NCBI RefSeq assembly: GCF_004010195.1 | Contig: NC_057712.1 | Location: 19,824,803 to 19,888,802 of the forward strand | Direction: 5' to 3' | Source: Chiloscyllium plagiosum | Taxonomy: Eukaryota | DNA length: 64,000 nt | Shown here: one piece after another, positions 1-12,520 of the stretch | How the letters are laid out: each line of letters starts with the position of its first letter | Position numbering within the stretch: the stretch's first letter is position 1 | Position numbers and translations under genes: made by a program | The notes under the pieces: generated by a model | The model's input: only the letters and a program-made list of their open reading frames with translations | What the model was told of the DNA's origin: nothing | Database searches by the model: none

Positions 1-669
1 CAGCTATGATCTTATTAAATCTCAGAGCAGACTCAAGGAACCATACAACTTATATTTGCTCCTACATGTTGTGGCCGAACAGAGCAATTTGTGTTACCTG
101 GCGCACACTGGGACCAGGTTCTGCTGGTAAATAGAAATTACTGGCTAGTGACCGTGATCGTATTTGGCAATGATAATGTACAATGCCTAATGTTTTCTCT
201 TGTTCAGTAGTGGCCATTACTCCCATTAAGTGGCAGTGAGTGTCAGAATGTCACAACAGGATTATGCAAAAGCACTCAGGTGCCAGCTAGAACATCTTCT
301 GCTGTTGAAGTGTGCATTTACATCAGGGGACTGGGGGCAAATTCAGAGATGTCAGACTGTAAAGAATTCTGGTTTACAGGATGGCGTTAATTTTACCATA
401 GATCACGTTTGCATATGGGAATCTGAAACACTAATTGCCTGTTTCAGTCACAGGTGTGGTCACGTTTATTTTGCCTTCACCAGTACCTTTCCAGTGCATA
501 ATGTACTTATACACACAGACAGCTATACCACGTGCACAGGCATGAATATTTCCATTTCTAGAAGTTTAAACATTGATGTGGATTATATACATTATTGACA
601 TTTTCAAGAGATCCAAAACTTTCTTTGCAGAACCTATCACAGTACTTTTTTTAAAAATGTAAAATAAAA

Positions 670-770
670 CAAAGATGAAGCATCACTGCAGCCGAAACAT
701 AAACTCTGCTTTCTACCCATAGATGCTGCAGACCAGCTGAGTTTAGCCAGCAATTTCTTTTTTGTTTCAT
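670..770 (+). mobile_element. Old PLE-derived terminal fragment with decayed hammerhead motif
   Basis: gatgaagcatcactgcagccgaaacat...agatgctgcagaccagctgagttt; similar to 9888-10027 and 20245-20460. Confidence 0.45.
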
Positions 771-840
771 GAATGTGAAATAGCTCCCACATGAATATGT
801 ATCATGTGACAACAATATATTTCCCATTGCAGATTAATAC

Positions 841-992
841 CTTGTGTATCATCAGTCTTAAAGACTCTAAAAAGTCTTGTTGCCAAAAAACCAAACTCTC
901 TTTCACAAGCATCAGAAAGGGTTGCAATCATTTCAGCCATAGAAGTTTCTCCACCAACACTTGACAGCCTGTTGTAGTCTGTGAAAAGAAAT
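841..992 (-). CDS. KIDINS220: KIDINS220 coding exon (152 nt)
   Basis: aag|(R)[50 protein letters not shown]+G|gtatt. Confidence 0.95.
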
Positions 993-2359
993 CTTTTGAA
1001 CAGAAAAAGAGGAATGTTAAAAATGAATTGAATAAATTAATTGAAACACTAAGGGCAACATTAGAGGTTATAAAATGTTAAAATGCATTTGAATTATTCC
1101 AAACATAAATGCTTTGTTGTAAAAAAGAAAACAAGGGTAGAGAATTTTTTAAAAATTGAACAAATTTGTTAGGTCTAAGTCTAAAAGCTAAATTGTTATA
1201 AAGGTGATTCAGTAGCAAAAGCAACTCGAGTGCAAGGCTTTGTTCAATTAGTAAAATGGACAAATCCATCAGGAAAATGAAATAATGACCAAACGTTTAA
1301 AACTTAAAATCAGCATGAGTGACGAAAGAAGGCAATGGCCTGATTCTGTAGTATAATTTCTATACATTTTTATGAAGGTAAAGAAAAAAATATTCAAAAG
1401 ACTGAAAGGAGGCAATACCAGTAGTAGGTTTTCCTTCAACGATTTATTCCTAATGTAGCTTAGGACCACATAAAACAGCCAAAGAATTGGAGTGACTTAA
1501 CTATAATCTAATGGAAGAATATTCCTTAAAAAGTAATCAGTCAAAATAGGTATCTCATGAAAATAATTGAAACTTACTAAATATTATGAAATACAGCAAA
1601 ATGAAAACCTAATGTGAAGGGTGGAAGTTTTCTTCAATCTATTCTCCAAAAGAAGATTCTTTCCTCACAAGGAAGCAAAGACCATCATATCAAAGTTGCT
1701 TATGGAAAATCTTAATTCACCAAAGTGCAGAGCATCCTTATAAGATATAGGGGCAGAGTTAGGCCATTCGGCCCATCAAGTCTGCTCAGCCATTTGATCA
1801 TGGCAGATATGCTCCTCATCCCCATTTTCCTGCCTTCTCCCCATAACCCTTCAACCCATTATCAATTTATTAAATCTGTCTAAACTCCTCCTTAAATTTA
1901 CTCACTGTCCAGCATCCACCACACTTCTACAGATTCACAAGCCTTTGGGAGAAGTAATTTCTCCTCAACTATGCTTGAAATTTGCTACTCCTTATCCTAA
2001 GACTATGACCTCTTGTCCTCAAGAGGAAGCATTTGCTCCACATTTATTTTGCCCACACCTTTTATCATCTTGGATAACTCAATGTGATATCCCCTCATTC
2101 TTCTAAATTCCAGACAGTATAGGCATAAACTGTTCAATCTTTCTTCATAAAACAAAGTCCTTATCTCTAGAATCAATCGAGTGAACTTCCTCTGAATTGC
2201 CTCCAATGCCCCTACATCTTTCCTCAAATAAGGGGACCAAAACTGTGCACAATACTCCAGGTGCAGTCTCAACAATGCCTTGAATAGTTGCAACAATACT
2301 TTCTTAACTTTATATTCTATTCCTTTAGCTATAAAAGCCAACATTCCACTCACTTTCTT

Positions 2360-2435
2360 CATAGAACATAGAACATAGAAGAATACAGCGCAGTACAGGC
2401 CCTTTGGCCCTCGATGTTGCGCCGATCCAAGCCCA
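2360..2435 (-). mobile_element. Young CR1 3'-end fragment with (AGAACAT)n tail
   Basis: Nearly identical to the start of 14541-14812. Confidence 0.8.
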
Positions 2436-2741
2436 ATTAGATTACATACAGTGTGGAAACAGGCCCTTCGGCCCAACAAGTCCACACCGCCCCGCCGAAG
2501 CGCAACCCACCCATACCCCTACATTTACCCCTTACCTAACACTACGGACAATTTAGCATGGCCAATTCACCTGACCTGCACATCTTTAGACTGTGGGAGG
2601 AAACCGGAGCACCCGGAGGAAACCGACGCAGACACGGGGAGAACGTGCAAACTCCACACAGTCAGTCGCCTGAGGCGGGAATTGAACCCGGGTCTCTGGT
2701 GCTGTGAGGCAGCAGTGCTAACCACTGTGCCACCGTGCTGC
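2436..2741 (-). mobile_element. HE1/V-SINE-type tRNA-derived SINE, full length
   Basis: Reverse strand GGTGGCACAGTGGTTAGCACTGCTGCCTCACAGC...GGTTCAATTCC (A/B boxes), CR1-like tail ending TAATCTAAT. Confidence 0.9.
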
Positions 2742-5542
2742 TAGTTTTCTGTGACTCATGAATGAGGACACCCAGATCCCTCTGCACTGCAGCACGTCAA
2801 AGACACTCCCCATTTAGATAATAGGTTACCCTTCCATTTTTCCAACCAAAATGCATGACCTTACACTTATCCAAGTTAAACTCCATCTGCCAAATTTTGG
2901 CCAGCTCTCCTAACCTCTCTCTATCCATTTGTAAGCTTATTTCCTAACTACAATTTATCATCCAACCTATTTTTGTGTCATCTACAAATTTGGTTATAGC
3001 ACCTTCTATCCTTGTACTCAAGTTGTTAATGTAGATTGTAAATACTGGAGTCCAAGGACTGAACCCTGTGGCACCACACCAGTTACATGTTGCCTTCCAG
3101 CCAAAAAAAACATCTGGGTGTCCTCATCCTGAGTCTGTCTTTTGTCCATCAGCCAGTCACCTATCCAAGCTAATAAATTACCCCTAATCCCATATGATTC
3201 AACTTTGTGAATTAACCTTTTGTGACACACCTTATCAAACATCTTCCAGGATTCCCATTACCACTCTGCTTGTTACATCTTTGAAGAACTTGAGCAAATT
3301 AGTCAAACATGACTTGCCCTTCATAAAACCATGCTGACTCTGATGGATAGTGTTTTGACTTTCCAAATGTCCTGATATTGCTTGCTTGATAATTGATTCT
3401 AACATTTTCCCAACAACAGATGTTAAACTAACTGGTTTGTAATTTCCCTCCCTTTCTGAATAAGAGTATTACATTAGCATTTTTCCAATCCACTTGAACC
3501 TTTCCAGTGTCCAGTGAATTTTAGAATATTGTAACGAGTGGCTCCACTATCTTTGCTGCCAATTCCTTTAAATACCTTAGGACAAAGGCCATCAGGCCTG
3601 CAGACCTTGTCTGCCCTCAATCCTAATAGTTTGCGAGTATCTTTTCCCTATCGATGTTGACTGTTCTCAATTCTACCCTTTCTATTGCGTCTGAAATAAC
3701 AGTTCTATTGTCCTCCACTGTGAAAACCGAGGCAAAGTACTGATTTAGCATCTGTCCATTTCACTGTTCCCCACTATTAACTCTCCAGTTTCATCTTCAA
3801 AGGTACCAACATCGATGGATAAGGGCCTGTACTGTGCTATATATGTTCTATATTAGCAACTTTCTTTCTAATACATCTAGAGAAGCTTTTGCTATCCTTT
3901 TCGATATGTTGCACTAGTTTTCTTTTGTCATTTACCATAGTTCTTTTATTAATTTTTTAGTATCCCTTTATGTTTGAAAGTTTCCCAATCTTCCAGCCTG
4001 CCACTGGCCTTTGCAATATAGTATACCTTAGTTTTTGACTTTATATTGTCCTTGACCTCCTTGTTTAGCCATGGATTTTTTTTTAAACTGTCCTTACTAT
4101 CTTTCTTCCTCACTGGGATATATTTTAGTTGCGAGGAGCTGAATATCTCCTTAAACAACTGCCACTGCTCATCTACTGCCTTAATTTTAGCTTTCTTGTC
4201 CAATCTATTCAGGCCAAAATCTGTCCTCATGCCTATGTAAATTTCCTTTTTAATTCCAGAACATTACTGTGGGACTTCACTTTCTCACCCCCAAACTGAA
4301 TTTTGAATTCGATCATACTATGATCACTACTCCCTATAGAGGATCCTTAATTATGGTGTCATCAACTAATCTTTCTTCTTTACACAACACCATATCCAGG
4401 GTAGCCTGCTCCCTGGTTGGTTCCACAACATTTTGCCAAGAACCAATCTCTAATACACTAAATGAATCTTGAACATAGATTGGGAGAATCAAATTGGCAT
4501 GTTAAATCACCCATGATTATCAACATACCTTCCTTGCAAGCCTCTAATATTTCCCGGTTTATACAGTACCCTACTGTGGAATTACTGTTTAGGGACCTAT
4601 AGATTACTCCTCCTAGGTACTTCTTTCCTTCGTTATTTGTTATTTCTATCCAGACTTATTCCACATCTTGATCTCCTGTGCTTATGTCATTTCTCATCAC
4701 AGCACAAATCCCTTCCTTCACCAGTAAAGCTACGCTACCTCATTTTCTTCAAAGTGTTAAAGCATCAACAGTGCTTGTTAGAAGTATTTTCACAAATAGT
4801 ATTATGGCCCTGAAATTCCAGTCAGGAAAGTAGACATTGCAGCAGTGTAGACTGGAGACATGCAATAGTACCACCAAAATCCAGACGCAACTGACTCCAC
4901 AGGAATCGTCTAGGAAATTAGAGATTTCCTTCGGGCAACTGCCTTCCAGCAGAAGTCCCACTTTGAGTTACAGTTGGAGATTTCAGAAGATCCTAAGTCC
5001 CTTAAGCTTAAAAATTACCCAGGAAATGTTAATTGCCTTAAAACTGAATTTGACTTCAGGGTAGCTATTAATTGAACCTCCAACTCACAAAGTACACTCT
5101 CTCTGCTCCACTGACACCAACAGCCCATCAGACTTCCTCAACCTAACTGTTCACCACTCCCCACTGCACTAGCCACTACCATCTGCCAACATCCCTCTGA
5201 TCTCACCAGAGACCAGAGCACACCTGATTAGACAATCCTGCTCACTCCATCACCCCAACATCATACATCCAAACTATGCTGAATACTCCAACTCATCTGA
5301 CACCTTAATCCCTTGCACTTGCTCCACCAACCCTTCCTTACCCACTTAGCAACTCATTCCTGCATGTCACTCTTCCCCATCCTTGTCTTCTCTCGTTAAT
5401 TTTCGAAGGAGTGCGACTTTTAAATTGGAGAATGCGGCATTTACTGCAGAAACGTGAGTGCAGTTTCTACGCAAATCCATTCTGTTCTTGTTAGTGGATT
5501 CCTTTATACTGCTTTCTGTAGAGAAGACTCTTGGCTAGAAAA

Positions 5543-5812
5543 TTAGATTACAGATTAGATTACTTACAGATTAGATTACTTACAGTGTGGAAACAGGCCC
5601 TTCAGCCCAACAAGTCCACACCGACCCGCCGAAGCACAACCCACCCAGACCCATTCCCCTACATTTACCCTTTCACCTAACATACGGGCAATTTAGCATG
5701 GCCAATTCACCTAACTTGCACATTTTTGGATTGTGGGAGGAAACCGGAGCACCCGGAGGAAACCCATACAGACACGGGGAGAATGTGCAAACTCCACACA
5801 GAGAGTCGCCTG
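5543..5812 (-). mobile_element. HE1-type SINE, 5' truncated
   Basis: High identity to 2436-2741; (TTAGA)n tail. Confidence 0.88.
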
Positions 5813-6179
5813 ATCTACAAGTGTATTTTTTTTTGGTTGGAGAATCTGATCCACTATTATTAACCAAAGGAAATAACTTTCCAACTCTGCCAAATGACCT
5901 CTTTAATTGCCGGTGGATAATTGTATCCAGTGAACATGACTATACAATGATCAAAAACAAAATTCTGCTTTCTACACTGCAAGATGTACAGTGCAGGTGC
6001 TGTTTTCTCCTCGGAAATCTATGAGTAAAAAGTCAGTTCCTTTATAATCCTCAAGTTGGTGCAATCTCTACCACAAAAAAAAGTGATGAGAATTAGCATC
6101 TTGTAAATTGGACCAATGATTCAGGAACACATTTTTGCCGTTTGTCAATCTTATGATGATCATTTCCAGAAAATTGATG

Positions 6180-6397
6180 TTGATAAAATGTGGAGCTGGC
6201 AAAAGCACAACAGATCAAGCAGCATGAGAAGAGCAAGAGAGTTGACACTTCCGGCAGACCCTTCATCAGTTCTGAAACATTTGCTGGAAATGTCGACTCT
6301 CTTGCTCTTCTGATGCTGCTTTATCTGCTGTGCTTTTCCAAGCTCCACATTTATCGACTCTGACTTCCCCACATCTGCAGTCCTCACTGTCTCCAAG
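6180..6397 (+). mobile_element. Fold-back mini PLE (inverted arms plus one-sided tail)
   Basis: About 6181-6251 is the reverse complement of about 6286-6356; tail catctgcagtcctcactgtctcc; flanking direct repeats ttccagaaaattgatg / ttccagaagagtgatg. Confidence 0.75.
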
Positions 6398-7003
6398 TTC
6401 CAGAAGAGTGATGGCTGAGCAACAAATGAGAAGTTCCAAAGTTCCTAGGGTCTGTATCCTTAACCTGGAAAACGTTTAAGCTAAGTACAGACCTGCGAGA
6501 AATTAAGTGTTTCTCAGCTATGTTCTAGAAAAACATGGCAATCAAGTTGCTGTGCAATGCAGTGGAGGGAAAAAAAAACTTATGTACCTACAATGACAGA
6601 ATGTAATGAGAAAACATTAAAGTGTCTCTTAAGTTACACTCTTAAAAACAGTCATGTCAGAAACGGCTACCAATAATTTTGAGTTGACGACTCATCAAAA
6701 ACACCACAAGATGAAGAATTGGACTGGAAACACATCATAGTTTAAAAGATATATTCATGAACAACCAAGACACTCAAGAAATGATAGACATTTAAATTAT
6801 TTGCAGTTCTAAAGAACAAACTTAGTAAGCAATGTATTTTCAGTCTTATTCTAAACTATCTCAGTTCACTAATTTTTCTTCAAACTATACAATGGCATGT
6901 GGAGAGCAATGAGCAAAGATAGCATCCAAGATTGTTAAAAGAATTTATGGAAACATCAGGACCGAGAAAGCATTATTGAATGGCTGTTAAAATTGCCCTT
7001 TAC

Positions 7004-7169
7004 CTGACAGGCAAGGCTTTGGAGGTCTGTTCTGGTAGTTCTGGTGGATTCACAAACATCAGTTTAAGCAACAGTTCCAGATAGCTGATTTGCCGTGCAA
7101 GTTTGGTACTCAATACCCAGACCCAATTCCAATTTTCTCCCTCTTGTCGACCACCAAAGTAAACAATTG
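7004..7169 (-). CDS. KIDINS220: KIDINS220 coding exon (166 nt)
   Basis: aag|(A)[54 protein letters not shown]+AG|gtaaa. Confidence 0.95.
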
Positions 7170-8388
7170 CTTTGAAAATGAAAAAAAAACAATGCTTAAA
7201 TATGATGAATTCTGTTACAGTTAAGATCACAAGCACTGTAGCGTAATCTTATACCTTTGAGGAATGTCAATCAAAAACTGGACAATTACTGGGAAAAATT
7301 ACATACAAGAATACATAAAATGTTAAACACACTTAGAAAAACATTATCATATAATCCTTCCTGTTCTCCGGCAGTAGGTATGGACAAAATCCAACACTCC
7401 ACTAAAAAAAAATACATTAAATGTGTGGATTCTAGAGAAGATTACCAGTTGGGAACAATGTTTAAAAGGAGACTAAAAATGAAGATACTAAAGAAAATGC
7501 TACATCTCACTGGGGTTAGGTGCTGGAAATTAATTCCTGCAATTTCTGGGAATGTCACAAAAGATATAGCTGTGGTTCTGTTCGCCGAGCTGGAAGTTTT
7601 TGTTGCAAACGTTTAGTCCCCTGTCTAGGTGACATCCTCAGTGCTTGGGAGCCTCCTGTGAAGCGCTTCTGTGGTGTTTCCTCCAGTATTTATAGTGGCC
7701 TGTCCCTGCCATTCCGGTTGTCAGTTTCAGCTGTCCGCTGTAGTGGCCGGTATATTGGGTCCAGGTCTATGTGTTTGTTGATGGAGTTTGTGGATGAGTG
7801 CCAAGCTTCTAGGAATTCCCTGGCTGTTCTTTGTTTCGCTTGCCCTATAATGGTAGTGTTGTCCCAGTCAAATTCATGTTGCTTATCGTCTGCGTGTGTG
7901 GCTACTAGGGATAGCTGGTTGTGTCGTTTGGTGGCTAGTTGATGTTCGTGGATGCGGATCATTAGCTGTCTTCCTGTTTGTCCTATATAGTGTTTTGTGC
8001 AGTCCTTGCATGGGATTTTGTACACTACGTTAGTTTTGCTCATGCTGGGTACAGCTATCCCTAGTAGCCACACATGCAGACGACAAGCAACATGAATTTG
8101 ACTGGGACAACACTACCATTATAGGGCAAGCGAAACAAAGAACAGCCAGGGAATTCCTAGAAGCATGGCACTCATCCACAAACTCCACCAACAAACACAT
8201 AGACCTGGACCCAATATACCGGCCACTACAGCAGACAGCTGAAACTGACAACCGGAAGCGACAGGGACAGGCCACTATAAATGCCGGAAGAAACACCACA
8301 GAAGCGCTTCACAGGAGGCTCCCAAGCACCGAGGATGTCACCTAGACAGGGGACGAAACGTTTGCAACAAAAACTTCCAGCTCGGCGA

Positions 8389-8653
8389 NNNNNNNNNNNN
8401 NNNNNNNNNNNNNNNNNNNNNNNNNNNNNNNNNNNNNNNNNNNNNNNNNNNNNNNNNNNNNNNNNNNNNNNNNNNNNNNNNNNNNNNNNNNNNNNNNNNN
8501 NNNNNNNNNNNNNNNNNNNNNNNNNNNNNNNNNNNNNNNNNNNNNNNNNNNNNNNNNNNNNNNNNNNNNNNNNNNNNNNNNNNNNNNNNNNNNNNNNNNN
8601 NNNNNNNNNNNNNNNNNNNNNNNNNNNNNNNNNNNNNNNNNNNNNNNNNNNNN
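8389..8653. other. Assembly gap (265 N)
   Basis: Run of N inside the PLE. Confidence 0.99.
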
Positions 8654-9718
8654 GCTTCTGTGGTGTTTCCTTCGGCATTTATAGTGGCCTGTCCCTGCCG
8701 CTTCCAGTTGTCAGTTTCAGCTTCCGCTGTAGTGGCCGGTATATTGGGTCCAGTTCTATGTGTTTGTTGATGGAGTTTGTGGATGAGTGCCGTGCTTCTA
8801 GGAATTCCCTGGCTGTTCTTTGTTTGGCTTGCCCTATAATGGTAGTGTTGTCCCAGTCGAATTCATGTTGCTTGTCGTCTGCGTGTGTGGCTACTAGGGA
8901 TAGCTGGTCGTGTTGTTTCGTGGCTAGTTGATGTTCGTGGATGCGGATGGTTAGCTGTCTTCCTGTTTGTCCTATATGGTGTTTTGTGCAGTCCTTGCAT
9001 GGGATTTTGTACACTACGTTAGTGTACAACACACTTTACATTCAACAACCAGATATACGAACAAATCAACGGAACACCCATGGGCTCACCGATCTCGGGA
9101 CTCCTAGCAGAAGCAGTAATGCAAAGGTTAGAACAAACAGTTTTACCACAAATTCAACCCAAACTCTGGGTCAGATACGTTGATGACACCTTTGTAATCA
9201 TTAAAAACACGGAAATAGAGAATACACACCGGATCATCAACTCCACACTCACAGGAATCACGAGAGAGGAAGAAAAGGACAACCAACTAGGACAACCATT
9301 CCTAGACGTGAGGGTACAGAGAACACCAAACGGAGAATTCACCACTAAGGTACACAGGAAAGCCACACACACACAGACCAAGTCCTGAACTATGAAAGCA
9401 ACCATCCCAATACACACAAACGAAGTTGCATCAAGACACTGTTCAAAAGGGCCACAACACACTGCAGCACACCAGAACTGCAAAAAGAGGAAGAGGAACA
9501 CCTATACAAGGTATTCGCAAAAAACGGATATCCTCGCAATTTCATCAACAGATGCCTAAGGGAGAGACAACAGAACGAGGACATGCCGCAACCCAAAGCA
9601 ACATGAATTTACCGGCCACTACAGCGGACAGCTGAAACTGACAACCTGAAGCGGCAGGGACAGGCCACTATAAATGTCGGAGGAAACACCACAGAAGCGC
9701 TTCACAGGAGGCTCCCAA

Positions 9719-9758
9719 GCACTGAGGATGTCACCTAGACAGGGGACGAAACGTTTGC
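9719..9758 (+). ncRNA. Minimal type-I hammerhead ribozyme motif in PLE pseudo-LTR
   Basis: GCA-CTGAGGA-T-GTCaCCT-AGAC-AGGgGAC-GAAAC-GTT-TGC. Confidence 0.65.
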
Positions 9759-9887
9759 AACAAAAACTTCCAGCTCGGCGAACAGAACCACAGCAACGAG
9801 CACCCGAGCTACAAATCTTCTCACAAACTTTGAACAAAAGATATAGATTTAAACAAGTATGCAGAATTCCACAATTTACATAACTAG

Positions 9888-10027
9888 AAAGCAAAAGAAC
9901 TGCGGATGTTGCATATCAGAAACAAAACAGTTCAGAGGAAGGGGCACTTGACCTGAAATGTAAACTGATTTCTCTCCACAGATACTGCCAGATCTGCTGA
10001 GCTTTTCCAGCAATTTCTGCTTTGTTC
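9888..10027 (+). mobile_element. Old PLE-derived short element
   Basis: aaagaactgcggatgttg...cctgaaatgtaaac...cagatactgccagatctgctgagcttttccagc; related to 20245-20460. Confidence 0.55.
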
Positions 10028-10227
10028 CCCAGTTTACATATATTTTAGTCCCAGGTGGACCTGGCTATTGTGTTACGAATTACTACTTACTACAAATAAT
10101 TAGGTTCTGACGACAGATAACAATTATGAACAATTGACAGATGACTCAACTAATCAAATTTTAACTCCCTTATAAAGTCTACCGCCCACCCCCACACACA
10201 CTGGTATGGTGGGCTGAGGGAAAAAAA

Positions 10228-10437
10228 AGTCAAAAAGTGTGGTGCTAGAAAAGCACAGCAGGTCAGGCAGCATCAAAGAAGCAAGAGAGAGTCAACATTT
10301 CAGGCATGAGCCCTTACTGAAGGGACTATGCCCAAAACATTGGCTCTCATGTTCCTCAGATGCTGCCTGACCTGTTGTGCTTTTCCAGTGCCATACTTTG
10401 ACTCTGACTCTCCAGGATCTGCAGTCCTCACTTTCTC
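10228..10437 (+). mobile_element. Fold-back mini PLE
   Basis: Inverted arms aaaagcacagcaggtcaggcagcatc / gatgctgcctgacctgttgtgcttttc; tail gatctgcagtcctcactttctcc; flanks ctgagggaaa / ctgaggtaaa. Confidence 0.78.
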
Positions 10438-11699
10438 CTGAGGTAAAGACTGTGAAGGCAGTTCAGTGGTTTCTATTCACAGGGTTCGCCAAGATAGTCC
10501 TTTTGGACATGCTTCTCCAGATACTTTCAATTGCTTGCAGAAGATACAAGGTGGTTGATTTACACTAATAAAATCTGTGGCTTATTGATTAACAACCTCA
10601 GCTTACAACAACTGTTGAGGGAGATTTACATGTGTTTTCTTCAGACTTACAATGGTTTTCACTGTGCAGTATAGAAACAGTTCCTGCCCTTGAGGGGATC
10701 CAATGGCTTTTCCCTCAAACTTTCACACAAGCTGTTCAACTATTGGTAGACAGGAGGCCTTGGTCATCAGCTACTTGTTGCCAACCAAAATTCTATTCAC
10801 ACTCAGTCCGCTGGCTACAGCTCATCTATAACTGGGCTTCCACTAGTATTTGAACAAGCAGCTATGTCAACGGCACTTACAATGAGGCAACTTGCTTTTC
10901 AAAAGTTCAATAATCTTTCAACAATCCTTGGCTTTTAAACCATTTCCTCATTTTAGTCAACAATCCAAATACAGAAAAATAAAAAGATTAGTCTTTACAA
11001 TAAGTCATCTTTCATGTATAGATTACTTCTTCCAAATAGACAAAGACTGAACAAATATTCAAGATAGAAACTGCAAGGCAAGGGAATCAAAGGTTATTGG
11101 TCATAGATGGGAATAAGAAATTGGCAACTCAAACAAATCAGACATGGTTTGTTGAATGGTAGAGCATGTTCAAAAGAGCTGAACGGCCTCTTTCTGTTCT
11201 TAATCAGCGTGCTCATACAAAAGAAGGAGTGCACCATGAGGAAAAGAAGAGAAACCAATTACAAGGATGAAGGTGGGAAATTAAAGTATTCTCTCAGGTG
11301 CTTTGTCTATCCATTTAGCAAATACATATCTTTATTCAAGAATCAGTCATAAAAGAAATAGATTGATTACTTAGAGGACAACTCACTATAAAGTTAGTGC
11401 ACGTCGTGTCATCCTCATACTAGATCGTGGACAAATATCAGTTAGAATATTGTGTTTAATTTAGGTTTCATCACATGGTGAGTGACACTGAGGCACTGCA
11501 AAAGGGAAAGGTGAAGGCCACAAGAACTGGTTCCCAATTTAGAGCATCTTAATTTTTAAGCTAGTCTAAAAGAATTGAGAGCCAGACGTCTACAGTTAGA
11601 GGAGTTTGAAGTTTGAACAATGATCTTATCAAGGTTTGAATATGGGAGAAATGGTTATGTTTAAGTTTATAAATAGGTTAGCAAAGCACTGAAGCCACA

Positions 11700-11965
11700 G
11701 GGAAGGCAACAGCATAGTGGTACTGTCACTAGACTAGTAAGCCAGAGGTCCATTTTCAGTTTACGGATTCAAATCACAATGCTGGGAAGTGGAAACTAGT
11801 CTTAGTAATGGTGACGATAATTTTCATAAAAGTCCATCTGGTTAACTAATGTCCTTAAGAGAATGAGATCTGCTTCATGTAGACTCCAGACCTACAAAAA
11901 TATAACTGGTGCTTAATTATCCTCTAAGTGCTGTAGCAATTTATTCAGTTCAAGAACAATTAGGT
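11700..11965 (+). mobile_element. tRNA-derived SINE (family sharing its 3' end with the L2/CR1-like LINE); related copies near 48325, 48830, 56230, 58255, 59260
   Basis: gcatagtggtactgtcactagactagtaa...catctggttaactaatgtcctt...tgtagactccagacc. Confidence 0.6.
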
Positions 11966-12340
11966 AATTATATATTTCAACTTTACCACTTCTCACCAAA
12001 CCTTAAAGCACCTATAACTATCACACCAATGAAACAGGCAAATTTAATTTATAAAGTTCTTTGAACATTAGGTAAAATCCAACACATTTCCTTTTGTCAT
12101 GCATAAGGCCAAAGGAATCAGCAACTGAAACATGGCATCAAACAATAGAGAAGTTTGAGGTCAACAAGGAGAGGCAAATAAATTATAGTAACATGGAAAA
12201 AACAAAAAAACCTCCATGTTATTCCTACGTAGTAATATTTACATTTCCAACAGCATAGTTCAACAAGACCATAAAATTGATATTTGATTGCCAGCAGCAC
12301 AAACAGACAAAGAAGCCATCAAAAATGAACTCACGCATAC

Positions 12341-12520
12341 CAAAGAAAATGTAAATAAGTGCCAGTAAGCTCAGTCCAACTGCGGTGCCAAGCTTCAGAT
12401 CAACTGCGAAGCCAAGAAGTACTCCTGTTGCTCCACATATTAACAGTGTAATGAACACCACCAACCAAGAAAACTGGAAGAGGGGTTCCACTTGCTGACC
12501 AGCAAATGTCTTCATTTCAT
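12341..12520 (-). CDS. KIDINS220: KIDINS220 coding exon (180 nt, first two transmembrane helices)
   Basis: cag|(D)[59 protein letters not shown]+G|gtatgc. Confidence 0.95.

Larger units (their letters stand above)
1738..4745 (-). mobile_element. CR1 LINE, decayed ORF2 (endonuclease to RT to 3' end), interrupted by younger insertions
   Basis: ORF fragments FDKVCHKRL...GVVPQGSVLG and HLEYCAQFWSPYLRKDV; 3' tail near 1740. Confidence 0.9.
7570..9833. mobile_element. Penelope-like retroelement with inverted segments (RT + GIY-YIG endonuclease + pseudo-LTRs)
   Basis: RT motifs GSPISGLLAEAVM and YVDDTF (+); GIY-YIG NVVYKIPCKDCTKHYIGQTGR (-); 13-bp direct repeat acaaaagatatag at 7557-7569 and 9834-9846. 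Confidence 0.92.

Noticed and set aside
230-598. 122-aa ORF on + strand
   Set aside because: GTG start, no recognisable domain, antisense within a KIDINS220 intron
8226-8931. Long ORFs of 150 and 216 aa
   Set aside because: Artefacts of translating through the N gap
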